From assembly GCA_002256025.1 (NCBI GenBank), contig NKIB01000529.1, positions 1 through 32,139 of the forward strand: 32,139 nt of DNA. Reading direction: 5' to 3'. The stretch's first letter is position 1, and every line of letters begins with the position of its first letter. The notes under the pieces are model-generated. The model was not told where the DNA came from, ran no database searches, and saw only the letters and a program-made list of their open reading frames with translations. Positions 20,610 through 31,428 of this stretch are shown one piece after another. The DNA comes from Asterionella formosa (lineage: Eukaryota). A program made the position numbers and the translations under genes.

Positions 20610-22913
20610 CTACAAGTCTAAATTAATTCTTTCCTCGTCAAAGATGCTACTCCACACTGAAGTCAACGACGAAACGGCAGTATCTTGATCTGCCACGGAT
20701 TCTAAAAGTGAGCCTTTGAATTTGATCAATTTGAGGTCCTCTAGATCATTCAAAGCAGCACCGACATTGATATCGATAAACTTATCAACGGCCAGAGCAT
20801 TGTTGACACCAACATAACCCTGCTTTGTAACCTGGTCCCGAGTTAACGGCCCACCAACACCGCCAGATGTCCCGTTATATTGTTTTGTTCGGCTGAGCAA
20901 CCATGAATGCACAAGGGCAGCCCGAACAGCACGTTGTGACCCAGCTTCACCTGTTATGTATTTCAAGGCCCCAGCATTACGGTTAGCAATCTTGGAAGTC
21001 AAAAATTTCTTCACCAGTAGGTCGTATCGGGCTAATTTATTGGAATATCGAATGATTGTTCGAAAGATCCACAAGCCAAGCGAGATGAAAGCAATCAAAT
21101 CAAGACGTGGGTTGTCAAATTTAAAGGAGAACGAGATGAGAATTAATGTTGCAACGCTGATAAAATCGTTGAGAAGAGCGTCGGCGGGCCTGAAAACAAG
21201 CTTAGTCTTAGGAAGAACAGCAGGAAGATTTGCCATCGGAACACCATTAAATGCTCGGATCTCAAGGGGAAGAGGATCTGGTTCAGGTACGAGTATTGGT
21301 CGCTCAGGTAGTACCTTGTCCACATCGAGAACCTCCGCCAAATCATAAAAAAACCGAGGAGGGACCAATTTTTTAGGTGATCGTTTTTTCTTTGCAGTTG
21401 GTCGCCAAACCACTACAACTTCCTCGAAGGTCGGTTCCACAAGCTCTGATTTGGAAAAGAATCGCTTGGCGAACTTTGCTCTGCCTTCCTTAGTGAGAAC
21501 ATCAACAATACTACTTATACTCACCCGCTCCAAAAGAGTAGTTGGTAACAGCTGAGTGCTTCGTCGATGCTCAGAATCGTATTGACAGGTAAAGTCACCT
21601 CGATTCAGTGCTTCGTAAATGTCATGATTCACTCGTTGCTCCTCGTCAATTTGGTGAATGCTGGCGTTGAGTACAGTGGGATCATCCAATGTTTTGTTTT
21701 TCAATTCACAAATGAGAAAGGGCGTTAACTCATTATGGAGATCGAGTGATCCAACCAATTTGACCTGCCTTCCTCCATAGCGAGCAAGTTTAAAGTACAT
21801 GTTCTCGGTCCTTAAACTAACAAAATCATCGTGAGACTCCTCCTCAGTTGAGTTTTGCCAATTTACCAGGGATGCAACAGGGGGAACCATCGCCTTAATG
21901 ACTGCCATTCTTGCACCTTTTGTAACACTATGTATGCCAATTACTTCATGGTTCTCGTTCTCAGTGGAATTCTTCCACCCAACGACCAATGTTGAAACAG
22001 GAGTAATCACAGCACCCATAACATTGATTAACGTGCTTCGTGCAACTTTCATAACGGTGTTGATTCCATTAAGGATGTTCTTCTCGAAAACACCCACTTG
22101 TGTTATGGCTGCAGCAACTGATCGTGACACAAGACTCGCTTGCAGGTAGTCAATTTTGGGAAGGAGCAATCTCCCAGTAGTGACTTCTGAGGAGTATCCG
22201 CGTCTATAGACCAAAACTCTACCACCAAATAAAGCATCTTCAGTGTCGTTTTTGTATGAGCGTTCTGGATAAAACTCGTCAAGTATCCCAGGATCCAGAT
22301 CAGTGAGGTCTGGATCAATCGAAAGGCGCAGGAGGTACCCTACATTTAAGGCGTCGCATAAATCTAAGTCTCGTTGCGACAAGAGCTCGAACCCAGCATC
22401 TTCCAGAGAATTTCTCAAAACATTCACTAGTTTTTTCTCTTCTGTTTTGCAAAATGAAACAATGGAATTCCGATCCATGTAGGCCAAGTGTCTCGTTTCT
22501 ATACGTGATATTGCGTGATAAATAGCGTCCAGCTTCTCCAAAATATGAGGCGGTTCGTTGAGAGAGGGAGGTAGAATCTGTTTGGAGCAAGGAATTCTCG
22601 CGTCTGAAAGTGCCACAAGTCGACAGACTGTACTTTCGAACCCCAACTCGCTCGCCGCAGCGCGAAGTGTGTTGCTGTCGACCACCGTGCTAACCCCGTT
22701 GTTGCCAATGGTTTCGTTGTTCTTGGTCTCTCCGACGTGCTGCAAGTGCTCTTTCCTTATTCCTAGATCAGATTCATGCTTTTGCATCAATCGCCTAGTT
22801 TGAAAAATATATCGCTGAATTGGAGCGACATGGTGAAGCGACAGTCGAAAGGCAAACGATGCCGGTAGCAGCATCATCCGGGTGAAAATTTTCAAATTCA
22901 TCTTGTCGTCCAT
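20610..22913 (-). CDS. DUF3754 / TMEM143-like membrane protein, probably plastid-targeted, 767 aa
   Basis: AGFELLSQRDLDL, YLLRLSIDPD, RVLVYRRGY, VEPTFEEVVVVWR, LEIRAFNGVPMANLPAVLPKTK followed by two TM helices and ANRNAGAL. N-terminal MMLLPASFA|F resembles a diatom ASAFAP-type cleavage site. Confidence 0.8.
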   Translation of the reverse strand: MDDKMNLKIFTRMMLLPASFAFRLSLHHVAPIQRYIFQTRRLMQKHESDLGIRKEHLQHVGETKNNETIGNNGVSTVVDSNTLRAAASELGFESTVCRLVALSDARIPCSKQILPPSLNEPPHILEKLDAIYHAISRIETRHLAYMDRNSIVSFCKTEEKKLVNVLRNSLEDAGFELLSQRDLDLCDALNVGYLLRLSIDPDLTDLDPGILDEFYPERSYKNDTEDALFGGRVLVYRRGYSSEVTTGRLLLPKIDYLQASLVSRSVAAAITQVGVFEKNILNGINTVMKVARSTLINVMGAVITPVSTLVVGWKNSTENENHEVIGIHSVTKGARMAVIKAMVPPVASLVNWQNSTEEESHDDFVSLRTENMYFKLARYGGRQVKLVGSLDLHNELTPFLICELKNKTLDDPTVLNASIHQIDEEQRVNHDIYEALNRGDFTCQYDSEHRRSTQLLPTTLLERVSISSIVDVLTKEGRAKFAKRFFSKSELVEPTFEEVVVVWRPTAKKKRSPKKLVPPRFFYDLAEVLDVDKVLPERPILVPEPDPLPLEIRAFNGVPMANLPAVLPKTKLVFRPADALLNDFISVATLILISFSFKFDNPRLDLIAFISLGLWIFRTIIRYSNKLARYDLLVKKFLTSKIANRNAGALKYITGEAGSQRAVRAALVHSWLLSRTKQYNGTSGGVGGPLTRDQVTKQGYVGVNNALAVDKFIDINVGAALNDLEDLKLIKFKGSLLESVADQDTAVSSLTSVWSSIFDEERINLDL

Positions 22914-23179
22914 ATGTCGAGCCAGAATGCATCCAATTTCACTCTAATGGGCTCTCAAGTTTGAATGGAACAAGCTTAAAAACAGCAAATTATAATCCAG
23001 GAACGAAGTAGAATTGATAAAGAACAGAAGGAGAATATTTCAGATTGCATTCTACAAATGTGTACGATGATAGTAACCGGCATAACGAGCGATTGTGATG
23101 CAAATCAGGGGTGAAAGCAAAACAAACGAACAAAAAAACACAAGCATGTAGACTTTTTAAAATAAGAAGGTGCAGTAAT

Positions 23180-23410
23180 TGGGACCAGGTACCTGGTACC
23201 GCACTTGGTATCCCTGGCAGAAAAGACAGTTCTTACTACGAGAGAAATTTAGCTAAATTCCTGGTACATACCCCCAGTTGAGAGTGCCTGGGTACCAGCT
23301 ACCTGGTACCTGGTACCAGCTATGTAGGGAAGGTCATCAAAATATACCGTACCAGGGTGCTACAATACATACCGATACATTTTTTCAGGTTACCATACCA
23401 GGGTACCACC
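23180..23410. repeat. GGTACC(A/T) clusters between the divergent DUF3754 and cyclin genes
   Basis: ccaggtacctggtacc (23185-23200), ggtaccagctacctggtacctggtacc (23291-23317), gggtacc (23401). Confidence 0.75.
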
Positions 23411-24397
23411 ATGGGAGCAGAGCACCTTGACCTGAACACATTCCTGTCAGAAAACACAGTATGCAGCATTCTTTCTGGGCGAACGACACCAACATTCACA
23501 GCGCGCCCTCTTCCACTCTTGGTCGTCCCCCCGGAGGGTCCACCGTGCTCACTTCCACACTGCTGCAGTTTTCTAAGTTTCAATTTCGTAATTTCCAAAC
23601 GATGCAGTCTTCAAGAATTTTTGAAATCTCTGAATTTTTAATGACTGTGACACTGTTTAGGGAGTAAACTGCCATATACTGTTGTGTCATGCCGAGTCCC
23701 CATGAAATTTGATTAACAGAAAGCTGAGTTCGAAGATTAATGATTTCGAATGATGTGCATCAAGATAGAATCCTTTCCGAATTGGGAAGGTTTTTCAATC
23801 AAGATTGGATTTTGGGCTTCTGTTTGCTGAATACTTAGTATGTGTCCGGAACCCCACGATTGTAGAATGATTGTGTATGTGTAGATGTGTTCGTCCACCA
23901 GTTTCATACATATACGTCGCTAAGAAGGCTCGACCACATGCAGCGAAGCTCAGAAATAGAAAAAGGACTTTCCAACTTGGACTAAATAAATAAATAGTGA
24001 GGAAGCGGGTTTGGTGGCTCTTGAATTTTCATTATTTATTGCGGTCCTATGAAGGTACGTGTTTAAGGATGCCGGTAACGAGCTTGAGATATTGCCGCGA
24101 TCAGCTGCTTTACCGGTAGCTAAACTCAACAGATACCTCGTCGCTTCTGGGAATGAATGGATAGTTAACTTCCGTTGCATATGGACGGCGCCGGCATGAC
24201 CTTGGTAGGCTCGTGAGAGAGAACAAAACTCCAGAGTCAGTTTGAATGTTATTTTCAGTTCTAAATATATATTTCGGGACTCATCGCAAAATTTGCGGAC
24301 GACGTCCAGGCGATGTGCCTCCAAGCGAAAGCTTTACCAAGTTTTCACTTGTCACTTCATAAAAGTTTCGAAGCCAGTTACAGCTCGACCCTCGACG

Positions 24398-25991
24398 ATG
24401 ATGTCCTTTGATCGTTCCACACAGTCGAAATCATGGGTTTTCACAGAGAAGAACCTCCGGCGATGCCGTGAGAAGGCAACGAATGAACGCTTAGTCTCAA
24501 GGAACCAAAATGGCGAAGTACGAGTTCGAAACTTTGCTTCGGGCTTTCGATCGTCAGGGGCTTTCTCGATTCAGAATCCTCTGCCTGTTCAACTGGAAAG
24601 CAAGGAAATTCAATCAAATCTATTGTTATCGTCTCAAGAACAAGATACTTTGGTTCGCTTCCACGCTAATCAGATTTCTATGTTAGTAGGCCCTGACGCT
24701 ATTCTCTCAACCCTGGTTCGATCAGAAACTGTTTATGCGACGTCCATAATGATTTTTCGTCGATTCTTTCTCTCCAACTCAGTTCTAGACTTCTCCCCGA
24801 GGAAGATGGCAACAGCTTCGTGCTTTCTGGCTTCAAAACTCGAAGAGAGTCGACTCGATGTAAGTTTAGATCTTCTCAATATCTTGTCGGAAGTTTTGCC
24901 GCACTTTTCGTGATTTTTGAGCGTTCTTGTGTTGCTGGCTGGCGCGTTTGTGACTATTTGTCGATTTATTTATGTTGATTCGATCGATCAGAACTTCATA
25001 TACGTAGGATTTTATTATCCTTAAGTAAGCTGACGTCAACGGATCGATGTGCTCGCTGTTGTCCAGTTCAACTGGATTCGAGTCTTGCAAATATAATCGA
25101 ATGTACATCCTAACATGCTCGTCACTCCAAATTTTCTCTCTTAAGATTCGTTCGCTCTCAAATGCTACAGCAGTGATTTATGATAAGATTAAGAATGCCC
25201 CCATGTGCCGTCGAGAATTAGGCTTCGTTTCGGTCGCAGAAATTGAAGATGGCGAGCGAGATTTGATGGAGGGCATAAACTATGAAATGCGCTTTCATCA
25301 TCCTCATTCTGCTATTTCTGTATTGTCGTCTAAGATCAACGCCTTTATTGTTGATCAGGAGCGCGTTGAAGCAGCCAAATTGAGTGGCACTTCCTTTTAC
25401 CATACATCATCTCCTCGCAATATGTCGGAAAGTGGCACAAATGTTGAAGAAATTATTGAGAATGCCATGATGATTGCTTCCAACGCCTTGGTATTTTCGG
25501 ATGCGCCATTCCTGTTCCCCCCAGGTCAGATCGCCTTTGCTACAATTGCCATGGCTATGCGAGTCAATGATCCCTATTCCCCCTCAAAAGGCTTAATTCA
25601 TCAGACCCTTTTTGCATTTTTGCGTCATCGATTTGGGAGCAAAAACGACGACGAACTTAATAATTTTGAGGATGAAGTGTCCTATATCATTCAGCATCTA
25701 ATGGATAGTCCTGTCATGGACCTGAAGTTGCTTTCCTTGTCTAGACCTTCTGAGGAACTCGATGGTATTATTGCCGAACAAGCAGAACGACTGGGGCGGG
25801 TCTTTCATAAGGTATCAATTATTCACAACACTGCAGCACCCCTTACGTCGGATCCCATCGGAGATTTTCGAAAGAGAAAACACAGCATAAAGTTTAAGGT
25901 TTCTCTCTCGCCTCCTGGTCATCCCATTTGTACGGAAAAGGTTGCCAGGATCACCCCCACCAAGCGCCGGAGGATTTCCATTCCGAGTTAA
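24398..25991 (+). CDS. Cyclin H-like protein, 435 aa
   Basis: Exons 24398-24859 and 25146-25991 (GTAAGT...TTAAG intron) are in frame. N-terminal STQSKSWVF, cyclin box IFRRFFLSNSVLDFSPRKMATASCFLASKLEE, INYEMRFHHP, SDAPFLFPPGQIAFA match the cyclin H/Ccl1 pattern. Confidence 0.85.
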
Positions 25992-26419
25992 CCCTTCTCT
26001 GCCTTACGCTTCCATTGGGTGGGTTTCATAGAAACAACGTTGTCCACTTTCTAGAATGTTAGATTTTTCATTCAAAAAGACTTGAAATCTTGACCGATTC
26101 AACGAAGTAAGCAAGCCGCACAATAAATGTCATGGCCAGTCCGTGGGTGCTATGTCAACACTGCCTCTGCACCTGTCATCATATTGTCTCCTTTTTCATG
26201 AGCCTATGATTTTGTATGTGGTACCGGTACTTCTTAAGGTAAACGGATCCCACACTATTCACCATAGCTAGTGTGCCATATAAAAGCTGGACTATACTTT
26301 CGAAAATAAAGTAAGTCCTCCATTTTTAACTTCTTACACATCGATACTGTACTGACAGCCAAAGTAACTATATATAGAAATGTAAGAATTCACAAAATTA
26401 ATACAGTAGTGCAGCAGTT

Positions 26420-26810
26420 GACTACCGGTATTTACATACCGCCCGGTGGGCAGACTTGACTACCGGTATGTACCATTTTTGCCCTGTGGTGTGTGACGTA
26501 ACAAAGATCACTTACGACTTGTTTTGTGAATTTTGGTCCGAAGGAGTACCAGGGACCAGGAAAATCCGGCAAACACGTTTTTAATTTATAAAAAAATACA
26601 GCTAAATATCTCCACATCCGGTCCTTCGTTCAGGTGTAAAATGCAGCAGGTACTGTACATACGAACCGATTATCGACATACCGGTACTGGTACCCGGTAC
26701 CTTAGTCATACGTATGTCCAATCAAGGAATGATTTTTGCATTTCTCACACGAACCTCGTTGCTGGTATGGAGACTGCATTACCAGTACCGGTACCTGGTA
26801 CCAGGTCTTG
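26420..26810. repeat. GGTACC/ACCGGT clusters upstream of the ubiquitin-like gene
   Basis: ttgactaccggtat occurs twice (26418 and 26456); accggtactggtacccggtacc (~26680-26701); gtaccggtacctggtaccagg (~26785-26805). Confidence 0.75.
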
Positions 26811-27066
26811 TAGCTTTGTTCATCATCCACCCACTCAGCAAAAAGGTGAGGGAATGTTCGACGATGAGGACTGTCACTAGGTATACATAAGCAACAATAT
26901 TGTTATTCTGTATACCTGATTAATAACGCAAAACTGGTTCCAATTGAGATTCGTCAACGTAACTAAAAGATTCCAATTTTCAACGAAGTCGAGCAACTCA
27001 TGTTTCACTTTTGGACTTTATTTTGGTTCCGTTGACAAACTATTCGAGCGCCATTTCAGAAACACC

Positions 27067-27468
27067 ATGACGGCCGTGACAGTAGTCTCCTCTTTGACAA
27101 CCATTTCGGGTTGTGGAACGGTGTATCTAGGTGATGTGAACGTCACTGATCATTCAGTTGGCGAAATCAAGGAGATGATAGAGACTGCAACATCCATTTC
27201 CATTCCGAATCAAAAGTTGTGGTGGAGAGGCTACATTTTGGACAACAATTTTCTTCCTTTAATCGAGGCATGTGTCGGTTAGTTCCTGCTGTTTCAATTG
27301 CTTGTCGATTGGTGACATTCAAAGCCATTTCATTTAGTCCTAACCAAAAACGATCTGCTCCTATCAACAGGAGTCAATGATGGAGAAAAAATTTCTGCTG
27401 AGTTGGATGTGCTTATTATATTTATGACTGTGGATCAGCCAAAGACTGAGCTATCCTCCAGTTTGTAA
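27067..27468 (+). CDS. Small ubiquitin-like (beta-grasp) protein, 102 aa
   Basis: Exons 27067-27277 and 27371-27468 (GTTAGT...CAG intron). SVGEIKEMIETATSISIPNQKLWWRGYILD matches the UBL pattern TV.ELK..I....GIP...Q.L...G..L.D. No C-terminal GG. Confidence 0.65.
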
Positions 27469-29060
27469 TGATGGAGGATTTCCCGCCTTCAAAGTTCCAC
27501 TTTTTCCAAATGTTTCAATGATTATTATTCACTTTTGTGGTTCAAGGACAAAGTCGGTCTGCAAATGATTGCACTATTATTCCATATTGAATCCTTTTAC
27601 AAGAGATCGATGTAGAAAAATATGTTCCACACTCACCATCTTCAGGATTGTCTAATCACATTTGGTTAAATCACTATTGCTCACAAGGAAGAAAGCAACA
27701 AAGGTGATGGCAACATTGGAATGCCAACAAGGAGTACAAGAATGATCCCAAAGAACAATGAATTTTTCCCATTCTGTTTCCAATGGTCCTTGTTATATTC
27801 ATCATTGAAATAAGTCTTTCTGTCCACCTCAACCTTCAGCAGTTTGGTTATGACCATGGTACAGCACTTTCATCATGGTTCTATAGTTTGGAACAAGTGC
27901 ATTGGACCAAGCAGTTGGAGTATGTTCATAATTAGAATGTCTGTCAAAATGGTCATTGCATCACCACATCATAGCAACAGCCAGCCCTCCGCTGGTTTGG
28001 TACTTCCTTAGGTTGCAAACAATTGCAGCAATTATTAAAAGTTCTCCAGGTCCATTTTTGACTCCTACAATTTTCTCCAGCTCAATTGCCCAAATGTGTG
28101 CAATCACTTAAGCTATCCAGATCTATGAAAGTTTAAAATTTGCAACTATATTTGCTTTTCACTTTTGGACATCTCAAGCAAAATGCAGATGCATGAGGAC
28201 CCACTTTTTCAAACCATCTATTCTCACCACACATACAAATGTAAGAAATAATGGAAGAGAGACAGCAACCTGCCTTCAATTCTGGATTGTGCAACCATGC
28301 AAGTGGCAGTGATAGGAAGGAAGAAAGCAATAGTATGCTGTTATGATGATAGGACCTGTTAAATATCTGGTGACATGGTCAATGTAAATAAAGGTAATAG
28401 CTGTAGAAAGGATATGGAATGACTGTTCTTCTACTCCTGTTATAATTATGAAAGTGATGTGTTTTGTTTGATTTCCTGCAAATATTTGAGCAGCCAGCTT
28501 GCTTTTGGCGGTATATATGTATACCCTATGGGGGAATGACTTAGTGGTTAGCAATCTTCTGAGATAGCGGATTTGGTTCCTGCATTCTACAGATGCTTTG
28601 TTTATGAATTCCCTTAGGTTCTAGGTGTTGAGGCAGAAAACAAGCAGATCCAAGGCCCTCTTGGGCCCCTTGGGGGCCAAGAGTGACTTCACAACCTCCA
28701 CTATAGGCAAGGTCTTTAATGCTACTTGTGTACAATAAAATTTACTTAACAATTTTTGTATGTTCATTTATTTTTGATTAATTTATATACAAGGGATTGC
28801 TTTAATTAGTGACTGAGAGTTTAGATTCATGTCTATGTGACTCATACAAATGCATATTTTCCAGTAATTTGATGCATCCTCATGTTGAAAACTGATATGT
28901 TTTCTATGTAATCCATCCTAAAAATAAGCTGCTCAGCACTTGAATTACGGCAAATTGCAGAAAAAATTCAACCTGAGGGAGTACCAGGAAGTACTAGTCA
29001 GTAAGTAGTTATGAGTGATGGCTGGTTTTCATATCAAGCTACCACCAGTACCTGTAGATT

Positions 29061-29105
29061 TAGCTGGGTGCATCATGAAACAACATTGGGTAGCCACCAT
29101 AGCTA
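29061..29105 (+). mobile_element. Solitary TIR of the same family as the 7821-9449 element, facing right
   Basis: tagctgggtgca-N13-ttgggtagccaccatag versus tggctgggtgcacg-N11-ttgggtagccaccgtag: same two blocks, same spacing. Confidence 0.75.
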
Positions 29106-29708
29106 TCATCACAACAAAATAATTTGAACATAAGTAAAATGTTCTATATAAATAACATTCATATGAATAAATTTTTTGTATACATGCATCCGCATCATGA
29201 TGCATTGTCCTCTGGTGATGCTTGCACTGGTGCAGCACATGGTACCAGCATTGTTGCGATCCTTTATCTAAGGGAAGAGTTGAAATTAGATAGAGGAATA
29301 TCCAATTGGCTGACCCCGCTTGCATAGAAGAATGTCGGACTTGTGTGAAAAATTCATCAACTTTGCGTATGTCAGTAAAAAGTGAATTGCTTGGCTGATT
29401 GCTGATTGGTGTTGTTGATAGCGACATCCACTAACCCTCCAATTTCATCCTTGAACCTCTGACAGAAAGCTGCGTTTGGTATTCTGTACAGAGGGCATTG
29501 TTGACATACAATCTTTGAGATGTGGAAGGGTGATATTTTTCTGAGCCAATATCGGTGGTGGGCAACTGGTGATACTCAGGCAGGTGGCCAGCAAGCAAGG
29601 AAAATTTTTGGGGATCCAGGATCTCCTTCATTATAGAAGTGTAGTAATCTATTGACTAACGAAGAGTCAACAAAAAAAAGGGGGGGGTCAGAGTGAGGAG
29701 GGAGTAGT

Positions 29709-29914
29709 TTCAATCCCATTCATCACGCTTTGAGAACCTGTTCTTCATGTTCCCTATTTGTTGATGCAAACTGTCTTCTCATTGATATGAAACATCAATC
29801 TTGTTACCAGTAGCTAGTTTCTTGAGGACATGGGAATGCTCCATTTGATTCATCCGTAGACAAGATAATCGAGTCCACAATTTTCGTGACTCATAATAGC
29901 CATTGATAATAACA
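29709..29914 (+). repeat. Dispersed repeat, copy 2 (about 40 bp longer internally than 9515-9676)
   Basis: Same ordered blocks as 9515-9676; extra segment at ~29772-29810. Confidence 0.9.
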
Positions 29915-30050
29915 GGTACTCCTACCAGGTAGCCTACCGGTACCATTATGATTACCGCTATATTCTTGACGACATAATGGTGGTTTACCGGCAGTAAATG
30001 TACCGGTAGTTTCTGGTCCGAGGTAACGGTACTGGTACCAGGGTACCTGG
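29915..30050. repeat. GGTACC/ACCGGT cluster abutting the dioxygenase-like frame
   Basis: taccggtacc (~29935-29944), gtaccggtag, gtactggtaccagggtacctgg (~30029-30050). Confidence 0.75.
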
Positions 30051-31249
30051 CACATGGACAACGGAAGAGTAAGGAACAACTCTTACTGGTTAGATACTTT
30101 GATCATGATGACAAAGGCAAGGAGACATGGCTAGATGACAATGTCCTGGATTTTGTTCTCAACAAATTCTATGTGGTCCTAGAGTCTGGCTTGTTTAACA
30201 AAACATCATTTGGAACTTCAAGGAAATTTCGGAATCATATAGGACCAGCGATGATTTTATGGAAGACTCACTTTCCTCGAGATTTTAGACTACATCAGAA
30301 ACACAACAATATGCCGCCAAATGCAGCAGAGATAGAAGACTTCATATGTCTCATCACTGATTCCTCATTACGGTTAATCAAAACAGTTCTGAGAACAGAT
30401 AACTTCCTTTATGTTATCGACGGAATTGAACAAGAACGCGTGTTTTTCCTCAATCTATCTTTCCTTCCAGATGAGTTTTTTGGAAGAGAAGAAAAAGACA
30501 ATCCATTTTTACATGTGGCAAACTCTTTTTGTACTTCCGAGAAAATCTATAACCCTCCTATTCGTTTGTTGAAACAAACATTCAAAACAACTGCAAAATA
30601 CAAAGAACTTGCAAATACTATAGAAGGAAAAGCCATACAAGTGTTTCCTTTCAAGAATTGTACTGACAGCTTAAAATATTCAAAGCTGGATCTGCCAAAT
30701 GTAAAACCATTTTGGCACATGATAAAGACCTTGTTACTACCAGGTTACAATGATGTCTCCAGCAATAGCGACAGAGTTCTACCACACACTGCCACTATAT
30801 TGTTCATCGATTCTGGAAAGAATGGCTACCCAAAACCTTAGAAACCATACCAAGATTATACACCAACAGAATGCGAAAGGGAAACACCTATGCCTTGGGG
30901 AATGATAATGTCGTTGTCTTTAGGAGGGAACTGCTTAAATGTATGGGATAACTGTGCAGATGAGAAACATGCAATACATTTGTCCATACCATTCAAATTC
31001 ATCTTTCTCATGCATGGAGATATAGCTAGTCCATGGAGGAGCTTTGGATAATAGTAAAAAAATTGTGCTCTACGGATTCATTCTCATTTATCGCCAGCTA
31101 TAAAACAAAGAAATGGACACAGACCAACTGTCGCCGAACTGAAACAACAAGATGACAACATACACACTGATGGATCAATATGTGGTCGTAACCAGAAATT
31201 TTCGTCATTCTTATTGCAATATGACGGAACAGGGTGGTCTAATTTATAA
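30050..31249 (+). pseudogene. Fe(II)/2-oxoglutarate dioxygenase-like (PhyH-type DSBH) pseudogene
   Basis: The frame is open from ~30050 to a TAG at 30839-30841 and continues *KPYQDY...MPWGMIMSLSLGGNCLNVW...HLSIPFKFIFLMHGDI, then after frameshifts VHGGALDNSKK and NCALRIHSHLSP...GWSNL* (31249). Restoring TAG to CAG and TAC to CAC gives Q-K-P-H-Q-D, a distal His (GDxVHGG) and an Arg (LRIH). Confidence 0.6.
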
Positions 31250-31428
31250 TCTAATTTCACAATTTATGTAATTGAATTTTTTTATGATGTTGTATTCCAT
31301 ATGTATTTATTTAGTGGGGTGGTCGACAATTAAGCAAAAATGTTAGAAGGCCTAACGCATTTTTCATTCATAGACGAAGTCATCAAAAATTGCCAATTGG
31401 ATCTCGCCTTGCAACAGGCGAGATAATG

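Noticed and set aside
23357..23700. Overlapping short ORFs and a GC-rich patch, possibly a TE end
   Set aside because: No TIR partner, second copy or protein motif in the window.
23748..23832. Possible box C/D snoRNA (atgatg...ctga)
   Set aside because: Box C is imperfect, with no terminal stem or recognisable rRNA guide.
24242..24397. N-terminal extension of the cyclin ORF from a TTG start
   Set aside because: Cyclin H similarity begins at the ATG at 24398; non-ATG starts are unlikely in this nuclear context.
27600..28560. Minus-strand hydrophobic fragments (GPGELLIIAAIV; SLFFGIILVLLVGIP) recalling TatA or a membrane protein
   Set aside because: Too fragmented by stops and frameshifts to assign; may be a relic but cannot be supported.
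28970..28984. gagggagta resembling a Stowaway/mariner MITE end
   Set aside because: No matching inverted partner nearby; a 9-bp match is expected by chance.
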